A DNA stretch of 57,764 nucleotides, from positions 1 through 57,764 of the forward strand of contig JAUYMF010000104.1 of assembly GCA_030698765.1 (NCBI GenBank), written 5' to 3'. Origin of the DNA: Dehalococcoidales bacterium. GTDB taxonomy: Bacteria; Chloroflexota; Dehalococcoidia; Dehalococcoidales; UBA2162. A program made the translations under genes and the position numbers. The notes under the pieces are model-generated. The model was given only the letters and a program-made list of their open reading frames with translations, ran no database searches and was not told where the DNA came from. This document shows positions 49,519 through 57,764 of the stretch, piece after piece. Every line of letters starts with the position of its first letter. Positions within the stretch are counted from its first letter, which is position 1.

Positions 49519-50724
49519 TTGCCGACTTTGAAGTATTGCGTTCTGATAATTGACGGCGCCGCCGGTCTGCCACTCCCTGAGAGGGGCGGCAAGACCTGCT
49601 TTGAACTGGCGCAGACCCCCAGCCTCGATGTTATGGCGCGGGAAGGTATAGTGGGACGGGCGCGTACCGTACCCGCCGGGATGGAGCCTTCCAGCGATGC
49701 CGCCTGTATGTCCGTGCTTGGTTATGACCCGCGTGTCTATTACCAGGGCCGGGCGGCTATCGAAGCTACCAGTATGGGGATTCCGGTCACTGAGGGTGAG
49801 GTCGTTTTCCGCTGTAATCTGGTGGCGGTCGGCGATGGTAAGATGCGGGACTACAGCGCCGGACACATCAGCACTGAAGAGGCGCAGTCGCTCATCTCGG
49901 CATTGAATGAAAGCCTGGGCGATGACCGGGTCCGCTTTTATCCCGGCGTCAGCTACCGCCACATTTGTAAGCTCAGGGGGTATGAACCGGCGCTGCGGGC
50001 TCAGTGTACCCCCCCGCATGACATTCCGGGTAAGCCGGTGGCTGAGTTTCTGCCCCGGGGGGAGGGGAGCGAGATATTACTGGAGCTGATGGAGCGTTCC
50101 AGGGAAGTGCTCCGGACTCACCCGGTGAATATCAGGCGGCAGGAGCGCGGAGAGGTTCCGGCCACTATGGTCTGGCTTTTCTGGGGAAGCGGGCGCCCGC
50201 CGGGGATGCCGTCTTTCCGGCAGGTCTACGGTCTGGAGGCGACATTGACTTCAGCGGTTGATGTGCTGCGGGGGCTGGCATTGATGATGGGGATCGGGGT
50301 CCTGGAGATACCCGGCGTGAAAGACGGGCTGGATAATGATTTCGATGCCCAGGCGGAAGGGGCGCTGGCGGCGCTCGGTAAGTATGACCTGGCGGTTATT
50401 CACGTTGAGGCGGCGGATGAAGCGGGGCATGCCGGCTCGATTGATGATAAGATAGAAGCGATACAGAGAGTGGATAAGGGAATTGCCCGCCGGCTCCGTT
50501 CCTGGCGCAGGGACGCCCTGCGGGTGCTGGTGATGCCTGACCACCCGACTCCGGTCAGGACGCAGACGCACAGCCCGGAGCCGGTCCCCTTTTTGCTCTG
50601 GGGTCCCGGCTTCGCTCCCAACGGTGCGCTGAGGTTCACCGAAACCGAGGCTGCCGGAAGAGACTTGTTTATTGACCCGGGGTGTAGTATTATGGGCAGA
50701 TTGGTCAGAAAAGGACAGGAATAA
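49519..50724 (+). CDS. Cofactor-independent phosphoglycerate mutase family protein (ApgM-like metalloenzyme)
   Basis: 401 aa. N-terminus KYCVLIIDGAAGLP...GGKT..E.A.TP.LD..A. C-terminus VEA.DEAGH...DK..AI...D and ...PDHPTP. The start is uncertain: TTG at 49519 or TTG at 49528. Confidence 0.85.
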   Translation: MPTLKYCVLIIDGAAGLPLPERGGKTCFELAQTPSLDVMAREGIVGRARTVPAGMEPSSDAACMSVLGYDPRVYYQGRAAIEATSMGIPVTEGEVVFRCNLVAVGDGKMRDYSAGHISTEEAQSLISALNESLGDDRVRFYPGVSYRHICKLRGYEPALRAQCTPPHDIPGKPVAEFLPRGEGSEILLELMERSREVLRTHPVNIRRQERGEVPATMVWLFWGSGRPPGMPSFRQVYGLEATLTSAVDVLRGLALMMGIGVLEIPGVKDGLDNDFDAQAEGALAALGKYDLAVIHVEAADEAGHAGSIDDKIEAIQRVDKGIARRLRSWRRDALRVLVMPDHPTPVRTQTHSPEPVPFLLWGPGFAPNGALRFTETEAAGRDLFIDPGCSIMGRLVRKGQE

Positions 50725-51939
50725 ATGGCTTTGATTGTTCAGAAATACGGTGGTTCGTCAGTGGCGGATGCCGGGAAGATCAAGAACGTGGCCCGGCGTA
50801 TTGCCGCTACCAGGGAAAAGGGTAATCAGGTCGTGGTGGTCGTCTCGGCGATGGGAGATACCACCGACGATCTAATCAGTCTGGCTTACCAGATTACCGA
50901 ACAGCCCAGCGAGAGGGAGCTGGATGTTCTTCTGTCCACCGGAGAAGTCGTTTCCAGCACATTGCTGGCGATGAGCCTGAGGGATATGGGCTACGAGGCG
51001 ATCAGCCTTACCGGCGCTCAGGCGGGGATACAGACTGATGCTACCTACAGCCGGGCCCGCATCCTGAAGGTTGAGGCGAAACGGGTAACCAAGGAGCTTG
51101 AGAAAGGGAATATTGTTATCGTGGCCGGGTTTCAGGGGATCACTGAAGAAATGGATGTAACCACGCTGGGCAGGGGGGGGTCTGATACTACGGCGGTGGC
51201 CCTGGCGGCCAGTCTGGGGGCGGAGGTCTGCCAGATATATACCGATGTGGAAGGGGTCTATACCGCTGACCCCCGGCTTGTACCCACGGCGCAAAAGCTG
51301 CCTGAGATTGGCTATGAGGAGATGCTGGAACTGGCCAGCGAAGGGACCAAGGTAATGCACCCCCGGGCAGTTGAGCTGGGGGAACTGTTTAACATCCCCA
51401 TTATGGTGGCTTCAAGTTTTACGGAAGAGCCGGGGACACTGATTCATGGAGGAGCATCAATGGAAGTACGCAACAAGGTGAGAAGTATTGCTCATGACCT
51501 GGATGTGGCCAAGATAACGGTGGTTGGTGTTCCTGACCGTCCGGGTATTGCCGCGGCTCTATTCGAGCCGCTGGCCGAAGCCAATATCAGCATCGATACT
51601 ATCGTGCAAAATGCTAGTATCAACAAAATCACGGATTTGACCTTCACGGTGGCCAAGAGCCAGCTCAGCCAGGCGATGAAGGTGGTGGAACCTATCGCCA
51701 GGTCAATCGGGGCGACCGAGTGTGTCAGTGATATTCACCTGGGTAAGGTCAGTATCGTCGGTACCGGAATGCAGAATACGCCGGGATATGCCGCCAGCAT
51801 GTTCAGGGTGTTCAGTGAACACGGGATAAATATTCAGCTCATTTCTACGTCCGAGATCAGGATAACCTGTATTATTGATGAAGCCAGGATTAAAGATGCG
51901 GTCAACGCCTTGCACCGGGTATTTAAGCTGGATGTATAG
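50725..51939 (+). CDS. lysC: Aspartate kinase
   Basis: 404 aa. [10 protein letters not shown]-terminus, amino-acid kinase domain, two C-terminal ACT domains. The start abuts the stop of the upstream gene. Confidence 0.96.
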   Translation: MALIVQKYGGSSVADAGKIKNVARRIAATREKGNQVVVVVSAMGDTTDDLISLAYQITEQPSERELDVLLSTGEVVSSTLLAMSLRDMGYEAISLTGAQAGIQTDATYSRARILKVEAKRVTKELEKGNIVIVAGFQGITEEMDVTTLGRGGSDTTAVALAASLGAEVCQIYTDVEGVYTADPRLVPTAQKLPEIGYEEMLELASEGTKVMHPRAVELGELFNIPIMVASSFTEEPGTLIHGGASMEVRNKVRSIAHDLDVAKITVVGVPDRPGIAAALFEPLAEANISIDTIVQNASINKITDLTFTVAKSQLSQAMKVVEPIARSIGATECVSDIHLGKVSIVGTGMQNTPGYAASMFRVFSEHGINIQLISTSEIRITCIIDEARIKDAVNALHRVFKLDV

Positions 51940-52010
51940 AAATAGCCTTGTTTAACTGGTTTGGCTGGAGTAAAATGAAGGGTTGATTAAATCTCAGGGA
52001 GATATTCGGC

Positions 52011-52841
52011 ATGTCATATCAGGAGCAAGAAGGGATAAGGCTGAGACGCCAGTCCAGTAAACAGGCGATAGCCCTGGCGATGGAGGGTCGCTGGGAGGAG
52101 GCGGTAGCGGCTAATCAGGGCCTGCTGGAACTTTTTCCTGACGATGTTGAGGCCTATAACCGTTTGGGCAGGGCCTATATGGAGCTGGGGGACTATTCCG
52201 GGGCGAAGAAAGCTTACCAGAAAGCGATAGAGCTTGATCCCTACAATTCTATCGCCAGCAAAAATTTCAACCGTTTGTCCCATCTGGACGAGGCGACGGA
52301 TACTTCGGTGGGTGATTACCAGAAGGTTGAGCCCAATCAATTCATCGAAGAGGTGGGCCGGGCGGGAGTGGTTGATTTATATAACCTGGCGCCACCGGGG
52401 GTACTGGCTAAAATGGTGGCTGGTAGCCGGGTAGAGCTGAAGGTATCCGGGTCTAATTTACTGGCGGAGAACAGCCGGGGCGAGTACCTGGGACAGGTTG
52501 ACCCCAGGTACGGACAACGTCTGGTCAAGTTGATAGAGGGCGGGAACAGGTATTCGGCGGCTATTATCAGCTCCACGGAAGACGCGGTGAAGGTCATTAT
52601 CAGGGAGGTGTTCAAGAGTCCCGAGCAGATGGGGCGTCTCTCGTTTCCACCGCCGAAAAGTACCGAGGGCCTGCGGCCCTATGTTGCCGACAGGATAGGG
52701 GACAGGATTATCCGGCGCGAGATTGAGTACGAGCAGGAATTACCCGGAGAGCCAAGCTATACCATCATCGGCGGCGAGGAGACGGAAGTATTATCAGGGG
52801 ACGTTACGGATGGTGATGATGATGTGGAAAGCGAAGAATAG
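52011..52841 (+). CDS. TPR-repeat protein with uncharacterized C-terminal domain and acidic tail
   Basis: 276 aa. TPR-like helices (EAYNRLGRAYMELGDYSGAKKAYQKAIELDPYN). The central and C-terminal region has no motif I recognise. The tail is DVTDGDDDVESEE. GGGAG lies upstream. The gene ends 15 nt before gyrA. Confidence 0.65.
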   Translation: MSYQEQEGIRLRRQSSKQAIALAMEGRWEEAVAANQGLLELFPDDVEAYNRLGRAYMELGDYSGAKKAYQKAIELDPYNSIASKNFNRLSHLDEATDTSVGDYQKVEPNQFIEEVGRAGVVDLYNLAPPGVLAKMVAGSRVELKVSGSNLLAENSRGEYLGQVDPRYGQRLVKLIEGGNRYSAAIISSTEDAVKVIIREVFKSPEQMGRLSFPPPKSTEGLRPYVADRIGDRIIRREIEYEQELPGEPSYTIIGGEETEVLSGDVTDGDDDVESEE

Positions 52842-52856
52842 GAGGTTTATGCTGCT

Positions 52857-55325
52857 ATGGTTCTAGGTAAGACCCGGCCGATAAACATCGAAGATGAAAT
52901 GCGTAGCTCTTATCTTGACTACGCGATGAGCGTCATCGTTTCCCGCGCTCTGCCCGATGTGAGGGATGGACTGAAGCCGGTCCATCGGCGCATTCTCTTC
53001 GCTATGGATGGTATGGGGATCCGTTACAATACTCCCTTTAAGAAGAGCGCCCGTATTGTGGGCGAGGTGCTGGGTAAATATCATCCCCACGGCGATACCT
53101 CCGTTTATGATGCGATGGTGCGCATGGCGCAGGATTTCTCGATGCGCTATATGCTGGTCGAGGGGCAGGGTAATTTCGGCAGTATTGATAACGACCCGCC
53201 GGCCGCCATGCGTTATACTGAAGCCCGCCTGGCTGAGGTTGCCGGGCAGATGCTGGTTGACATTGATAAGGAAACGGTCGACTTCACGCCCAATTTTGAT
53301 GATAGTCTTACCGAGCCTCTGGTGCTGCCTACACGGTTACCTAATTTGCTGGTTAACGGCAGTTCGGGAATTGCGGTAGGAATGACAACCAATATTCCTC
53401 CCCATAATCTGGGAGAGGTATGTGAGGCTATCTGTTATCTTATTGAGAATCCGGGCGCGACCGTTGATGAGCTTACCCAGTTCGTCAAGGGACCTGATTT
53501 TCCGACCGCCGGTATCATCCTGGGCAGGGACGGAATCAGAAGCGCTTATACTACCGGCCGTGGCCGGATAATAGTCCGGTCAAAGGCGCTCATCACCGAT
53601 AGTTCTGATACCGGGCACCGCCAGATTGTCGTGACCGAGCTTCCCTACCAGACCAATAAGGCTGCCCTGGTGGGGAAGATAGCCGAGCAGGTTTCCAACA
53701 AGAAAATAACCGGTATCAGTGAGCTCCGGGATGAATCTGACCGTCAGGGGATGCGTGTCGTCATCGAGTTAAAGAGAGAAGCTCAACCGCAGCAGGTGCT
53801 TAATAGCCTCTACAAGCATACCGCCATGCAGACGGCCTTTTTCGTCAATATGGTAGCCCTGGTTGACGGGCAACCCCGGCTTATCAGTCTCAAAGAGGCG
53901 TTGCAGTGCTATATTGATTTCCGCCGCGAGGTTATCACCCGGCGTTCCCGGTTTGAGTTGAAAGGGGCTAAAGCCCGTGCTCATATCCTGGAGGGGCTGA
54001 AAATCGCTCTGGACCAGATAGACAAGGTGATCGCTACCATCAGGCAGTCCGAGACGGCCGAGAAGGCGAGACAGAACCTGATGACCGACTTTGGTTTGTC
54101 TCAGATCCAGGCACAGGCTATCCTGGACATGCAATTACGCCGGCTGGCTAATCTGGAGCGACAGAAGGTGTTTGATGAGTATGCCGAGGTCTTGAAGACA
54201 ATCGCTTATCTGGAAGAGTTGCTGGCGAATCCGAGAAGGGTGCTGGCTCTGGTCAAGAGTGAGGTCGAGGAGTTAAAGTCGAAGTATAGTGACCCACGGC
54301 GGACGGAAATCAGTGATCAGGGGGAGGTGGAGTTCCACGAAGAAGACCTCGTCCCTCACCAGGATGTGGTGGTCACGCTCAGTGACCGGGGGTTTGTGAA
54401 GAGAGTGCCTTCTCAACTCTACACGCTGCAACACCGCGGGGGAAAGGGTATCATCGGCATGGTAACCAGGGAGAATGATGCCGTCAGACTGCTGGTGGTG
54501 GCGGATACCCATGCCAACCTCCTCTTTTTTACTAACCGGGGCAAGGTCTATCGCCTTAAGTGCTATGAAATCCCGGCCGGCAGTTCACGGACAGCCAAGG
54601 GAATCGCGGTGGTCAATCTCTTCCCTATCGTCGAGCATGAAAAAGTTACCGATGTCGTCTCAGTAACTGACTTTAAGCCGGATACCTACCTGTTGATGGC
54701 GACCCGCAGTGGCGAGGTAAAGAAGACGGCCCTGGACCGGTTCTCGGTGGTGCGCAGCAGCGGGCTCATTGCCATGGATGTGGAGGAGGGGGATGAGCTG
54801 GTGGCGGCGCGTCTGGCTACTGACCGGGACAATGTGATTATAGTCACGGAGAAGGGACAGTCAATCAAGTTCGCCGTATCCAGTTTAAGAGCCAGCCTGA
54901 GGACCAGTGGCGGAGTGGCCGGTATCCGGCTGGCGCCGGGTGACCGGCTGGTCAGTATGGATATCGCCGATCCTGATGCTTTTCTTTTGACGGTTACCGG
55001 CGGCGGTTTTGGTAAGATTACCCCTATCAGTAATTATCCGAAACAGAAGCGAGCCGGCAGCGGAGTGAAGACATTTAAGCTTACCTCGGAGACGGAGGGG
55101 GTGGCCGCTGCCAGGGTAGTCACTCCATCCCAGGAAGTAATGATAGTCTCCGCCGATGGAATTGTCATCCGCACGCCGGTGCGGGAGACAGACCCCAAGA
55201 AAGGCATCACTATTCAGGGGAGGAGCACCCAGGGGGTAAGGTTGATGAGGCTCGATGATGGTGATAAGGTGGTGGCGCTCACCAGCTTTACCCACTCTCA
55301 ACCCTCTCAACCCGGTTTGCTGTAG
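52857..55325 (+). CDS. gyrA: DNA gyrase subunit A
   Basis: 822 aa. [28 protein letters not shown], active-site region AAMRYTE, C-terminal beta-pinwheel repeats. Confidence 0.98.
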   Translation: MVLGKTRPINIEDEMRSSYLDYAMSVIVSRALPDVRDGLKPVHRRILFAMDGMGIRYNTPFKKSARIVGEVLGKYHPHGDTSVYDAMVRMAQDFSMRYMLVEGQGNFGSIDNDPPAAMRYTEARLAEVAGQMLVDIDKETVDFTPNFDDSLTEPLVLPTRLPNLLVNGSSGIAVGMTTNIPPHNLGEVCEAICYLIENPGATVDELTQFVKGPDFPTAGIILGRDGIRSAYTTGRGRIIVRSKALITDSSDTGHRQIVVTELPYQTNKAALVGKIAEQVSNKKITGISELRDESDRQGMRVVIELKREAQPQQVLNSLYKHTAMQTAFFVNMVALVDGQPRLISLKEALQCYIDFRREVITRRSRFELKGAKARAHILEGLKIALDQIDKVIATIRQSETAEKARQNLMTDFGLSQIQAQAILDMQLRRLANLERQKVFDEYAEVLKTIAYLEELLANPRRVLALVKSEVEELKSKYSDPRRTEISDQGEVEFHEEDLVPHQDVVVTLSDRGFVKRVPSQLYTLQHRGGKGIIGMVTRENDAVRLLVVADTHANLLFFTNRGKVYRLKCYEIPAGSSRTAKGIAVVNLFPIVEHEKVTDVVSVTDFKPDTYLLMATRSGEVKKTALDRFSVVRSSGLIAMDVEEGDELVAARLATDRDNVIIVTEKGQSIKFAVSSLRASLRTSGGVAGIRLAPGDRLVSMDIADPDAFLLTVTGGGFGKITPISNYPKQKRAGSGVKTFKLTSETEGVAAARVVTPSQEVMIVSADGIVIRTPVRETDPKKGITIQGRSTQGVRLMRLDDGDKVVALTSFTHSQPSQPGLL

Positions 55326-55412
55326 TGAAGATGGATTTGTAAGCGGAGAGCCGAATAAAGATCAGGGTACTCTCTCCCCCAGGAAGCTTTGTATCACAAG
55401 TGATTCCCTCTA

Positions 55413-55537
55413 TGTCACCCTGAGCACGTTCGCTTCGCTCAGTATAAACTCTGCGAAGGGTTTCGGAGTGGTGGAGAGTGTCGGTTCACCGCTAACCCGC
55501 ACCCAGATTCTTCGTCACTTCGTTCCTCAGAATGACA
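55413..55537. repeat. Family-B palindromic intergenic repeat (125 bp)
   Basis: TGTCACCCTGAGCacgttcgcttcGCTCAGTATAAACTCTGCGAAGG...CCCAGATTCTTCG...CCTCAGAATGACA. Lies between convergent gyrA and the radical SAM gene. Confidence 0.7.
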
Positions 55538-55698
55538 TTTGATACAAGACCCCCCCAAGGGGAGCGGAAATTTTTATATAATGCTATGCTATCGTTCGAC
55601 TGAACTCACCTGGCAGACGAGTTCATCTTCTTCGGGATGGACTCTGCGGCCGTTTTCAGGCAGCCCCGGTTAACGGAACAAGGATTGTCACTGTCCGG

Positions 55699-57561
55699 TC
55701 AGGGAGAGCTTTTCGACGCCAGTTTCTCCCGGCAGGCTGGCAGGAGCTTTTCCAGTCCGCAGGCGTTGCAGGCTTCGGTTCGGCAGTCCCGGGTTACCCT
55801 GCTTTTTTGGGATGACTGGTACTCCCGTTTCAGGAAAGCCGGGGTTACTCCCACATCAATATGAGACCAGGGGAGCACCTCGTCAAGGGAGCGCTGCCGC
55901 TGAGCGTAGAATTCAGGCTTAAGCCCGTTTTCGGCAAAAGCGCGGGACCAGTTTTCATAATTAAAGTGTTCTCCCCAGGAATCAAGCACGCAGCCCAGCT
56001 GCCAGGCGCGGTGGATGACCTTACCCAGACGCCGGTCTCCGCGTGAGAGGGCCGCTTCGAGCAAGCTGGCTTTCGGATCGTGCCAGGATAACCTGACCCC
56101 TTTGCGGCGCAGTCCCTGCTGGAGCATCTCGTGTTTGGCTGTCAGCGCCGCTTCGTCCTCCTGGGCTACCCACTGAAAGGGCGTGTGCGGCTTGGGGACA
56201 AAGGTCGATACATTGACCCTTATCTGGGGGGTCTTCCCTTTAGCCTGGCTGCCCGATGAACGGACTTTATCAATCAGGTTGATGATGTCCTCGATGTCTT
56301 CTGTGCTCTCTCCGGGCAGGCCGAGCATGAAGTAGAGCTTGACGCCGGTCCAGCCTCTGCTGAAAACGGCGGTGGTTGTTTCGAGTAGCTCGTCTTCCGA
56401 GATATTCTTGTTGATGCTGCGGCGCATTCTTTCATTACCAGCTTCGGGAGCGAAAGTAAGCCCCGTTTTCTTATGGGCGGGGAGCGAGTCCATCAGGTCT
56501 ACGGAGAAGCTGTCGATATAAAGGCTGGGCAGCGAGAGCGCCAGTCCGGGGTACTGATGGGTCAGCCTGGCGACCAGCTCATCAATACCGGGATAATCAC
56601 CGGTGCTCAGTGAGACCAGGGACAGCTCATTATAGCCGCAGTTGGCGATAATCTCCCCGGCTGCCTGTACCACTTCTTCCTGGGGACGCTCTCGTACCGG
56701 GCGGTAGATAACCCCGGCCTGGCAGAAACGGCAGCCGTGGCTGCAGCCGCGCTGGACCTCTATGGCTCCCCGGTCATGCACCACTTCAATGTAGGGAACG
56801 ACCGGCCTGGTTACCGGCGGTGGCAGCTCGGTCACTATCCGGCGGCGGATAGTGGGGCTGGCTTCAGGCACGGCCGGGACAATGCTTTTTACTTGGCCGT
56901 CAGCCAGGTACTCCACCTGGTACAGAGAGGGCACGTAGATACCCGGGATGGTTGTTACCTGACGGAGCAGGTCTTCTTTAATAGCTCCCTGCTCCCGGCT
57001 TTTCCAGTCCCGGAAGCTGTCCAGCAACTCGGGGACTACCTCTTCACCGTCACCGATGACAAAGAGGTCGATAAAGTCGGACATCGGTTCCGGGTTGAGG
57101 GCAGTACCGCCGCCGGCGATGACGACCGGATGAGAGTCATTTCTGTCCAATGCCAGTAGCGGTATCCGGGCCAGGTCAAGCATATCCAGGACATTGGTGT
57201 AGGTAAGCTCATAACCCAGGGAAAAGGCGATGATATCGAACTCTTTTAATGGCCGCCGTGACTCGAGACTGAACAGGGGGATACCGGCGGAGCGTAAGGC
57301 GGCAGCCATATCCACCCACGGAGCGTAGGCCCTTTCCGCCAGGACATCCGGCCGGGCATTAAGCAGTTCATAGAGGATGGGGAGAGCCATGTTGGACATG
57401 CCTATCTCATATACGTCAGGGTAGATGAGGGCAACCCGGATTGGCGTTTTCTCCCAGTCCTTGACGATGCTGTTCCACTCGCCACCGGTATAGCGGGCCG
57501 GTTTGGTAACCTGATGCAGTATTTTGTCGAGATTGGGTGGATCGTTTTTCACAAGAACCAT
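55699..57561 (-). CDS. Radical SAM protein with N-terminal B12-binding-like domain (uncharacterized TIGR03960-like family)
   Basis: 620 aa. CSHGCRFCQAG (CxxxCxxC) cluster motif. The N-terminal Rossmann-like segment VALIYPDVYEIGMSNMALPILY is typical of this roughly 600-aa family. Confidence 0.8.
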   Translation of the reverse strand: MVLVKNDPPNLDKILHQVTKPARYTGGEWNSIVKDWEKTPIRVALIYPDVYEIGMSNMALPILYELLNARPDVLAERAYAPWVDMAAALRSAGIPLFSLESRRPLKEFDIIAFSLGYELTYTNVLDMLDLARIPLLALDRNDSHPVVIAGGGTALNPEPMSDFIDLFVIGDGEEVVPELLDSFRDWKSREQGAIKEDLLRQVTTIPGIYVPSLYQVEYLADGQVKSIVPAVPEASPTIRRRIVTELPPPVTRPVVPYIEVVHDRGAIEVQRGCSHGCRFCQAGVIYRPVRERPQEEVVQAAGEIIANCGYNELSLVSLSTGDYPGIDELVARLTHQYPGLALSLPSLYIDSFSVDLMDSLPAHKKTGLTFAPEAGNERMRRSINKNISEDELLETTTAVFSRGWTGVKLYFMLGLPGESTEDIEDIINLIDKVRSSGSQAKGKTPQIRVNVSTFVPKPHTPFQWVAQEDEAALTAKHEMLQQGLRRKGVRLSWHDPKASLLEAALSRGDRRLGKVIHRAWQLGCVLDSWGEHFNYENWSRAFAENGLKPEFYAQRQRSLDEVLPWSHIDVGVTPAFLKREYQSSQKSRVTRDCRTEACNACGLEKLLPACREKLASKSSP

Positions 57562-57634
57562 TATACTTTAATTTGAGGGAGATAGACCAGCTTCGATGCG
57601 GAAAAGGCTCATCGGGGTCGCCATCGGGGACGGA

Positions 57635-57764
57635 TTAATCGGGGATGTTGTCCACCTGCGCCAGGTCGAACTTCATGCCGTCCCGGGCGGCAATTACCTT
57701 AACGCCGGTCTTCTCGGACAGCTTTTCGGCAATCTGCCACGGTTTTGCCCGCCACATGGACATG
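57635..57764 (-). CDS. 3' end of an unidentified CDS running off the window
   Basis: The minus strand frame is open from the window edge: ...SMWRAKPWQIAEKLSEKTGVKVIAARDGMKFDLAQVDNIPD then a stop (TAA at 57635-57637). No family recognised. Confidence 0.35.
   Translation of the reverse strand, partial: MSMWRAKPWQIAEKLSEKTGVKVIAARDGMKFDLAQVDNIPD

Overview
This 57.8 kb window is core chromosome from a moderately GC-rich bacterium. A Chloroflexota or other uncultured monoderm-type lineage is possible, but that call is low-confidence inference from gene order (recA-recX-rny-ymdB, no tuf in the str operon) and from the intergenic repeat style. About 75 protein genes are present and nearly all are housekeeping.

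Main gene content:
- An uninterrupted ribosomal super-operon on the minus strand (19.6-39.9 kb): rpsL-rpsG-fusA, then S10/spc/alpha (rpsJ through rplQ), then truA-rplM-rpsI.
- Replication and repair genes: dnaA, gyrB, gyrA, recA, recX, uvrC.
- Other core genes: rho, pyrG, a folP-folK-PTPS operon, nadK, nadD, obg, fmt, mazG, rny, ymdB, plsY, aspartokinase.
- One tRNA-Pro(CGG).
- I found no rRNA, CRISPR array, transposase, phage genes or clear defence island.

I do not see a convincing new multi-gene system. The signals most worth a second look are:
1. A superfamily of nested-palindrome repeats fills almost every larger intergenic gap, and all copies share GTCAYNNYGAG / CTCRNNATGAC-type termini.
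2. An orphan DPPY DNA methyltransferase near dnaA has motif I ahead of motif IV. Its N-terminus carries a C-X6-C-X2-C-X5-C motif of the kind seen in Fe-S cluster loops.
3. A DRG/Rbg-like TGS GTPase, a type typical of archaea and eukaryotes, is followed by a small zinc-ribbon gene. A canonical obg is also present.
4. Two genes look like candidate non-orthologous displacements: a PTPS/QueD homolog in the folate operon, and an ApgM-like gene directly ahead of aspartokinase.
5. The S3 tail contains a 105-bp tandem duplication.
6. The dnaA neighbourhood is atypical, with candidate oriC sequence on either side of dnaA.

All function calls rest on reading the supplied translations and on motif recall. 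No database search was run.
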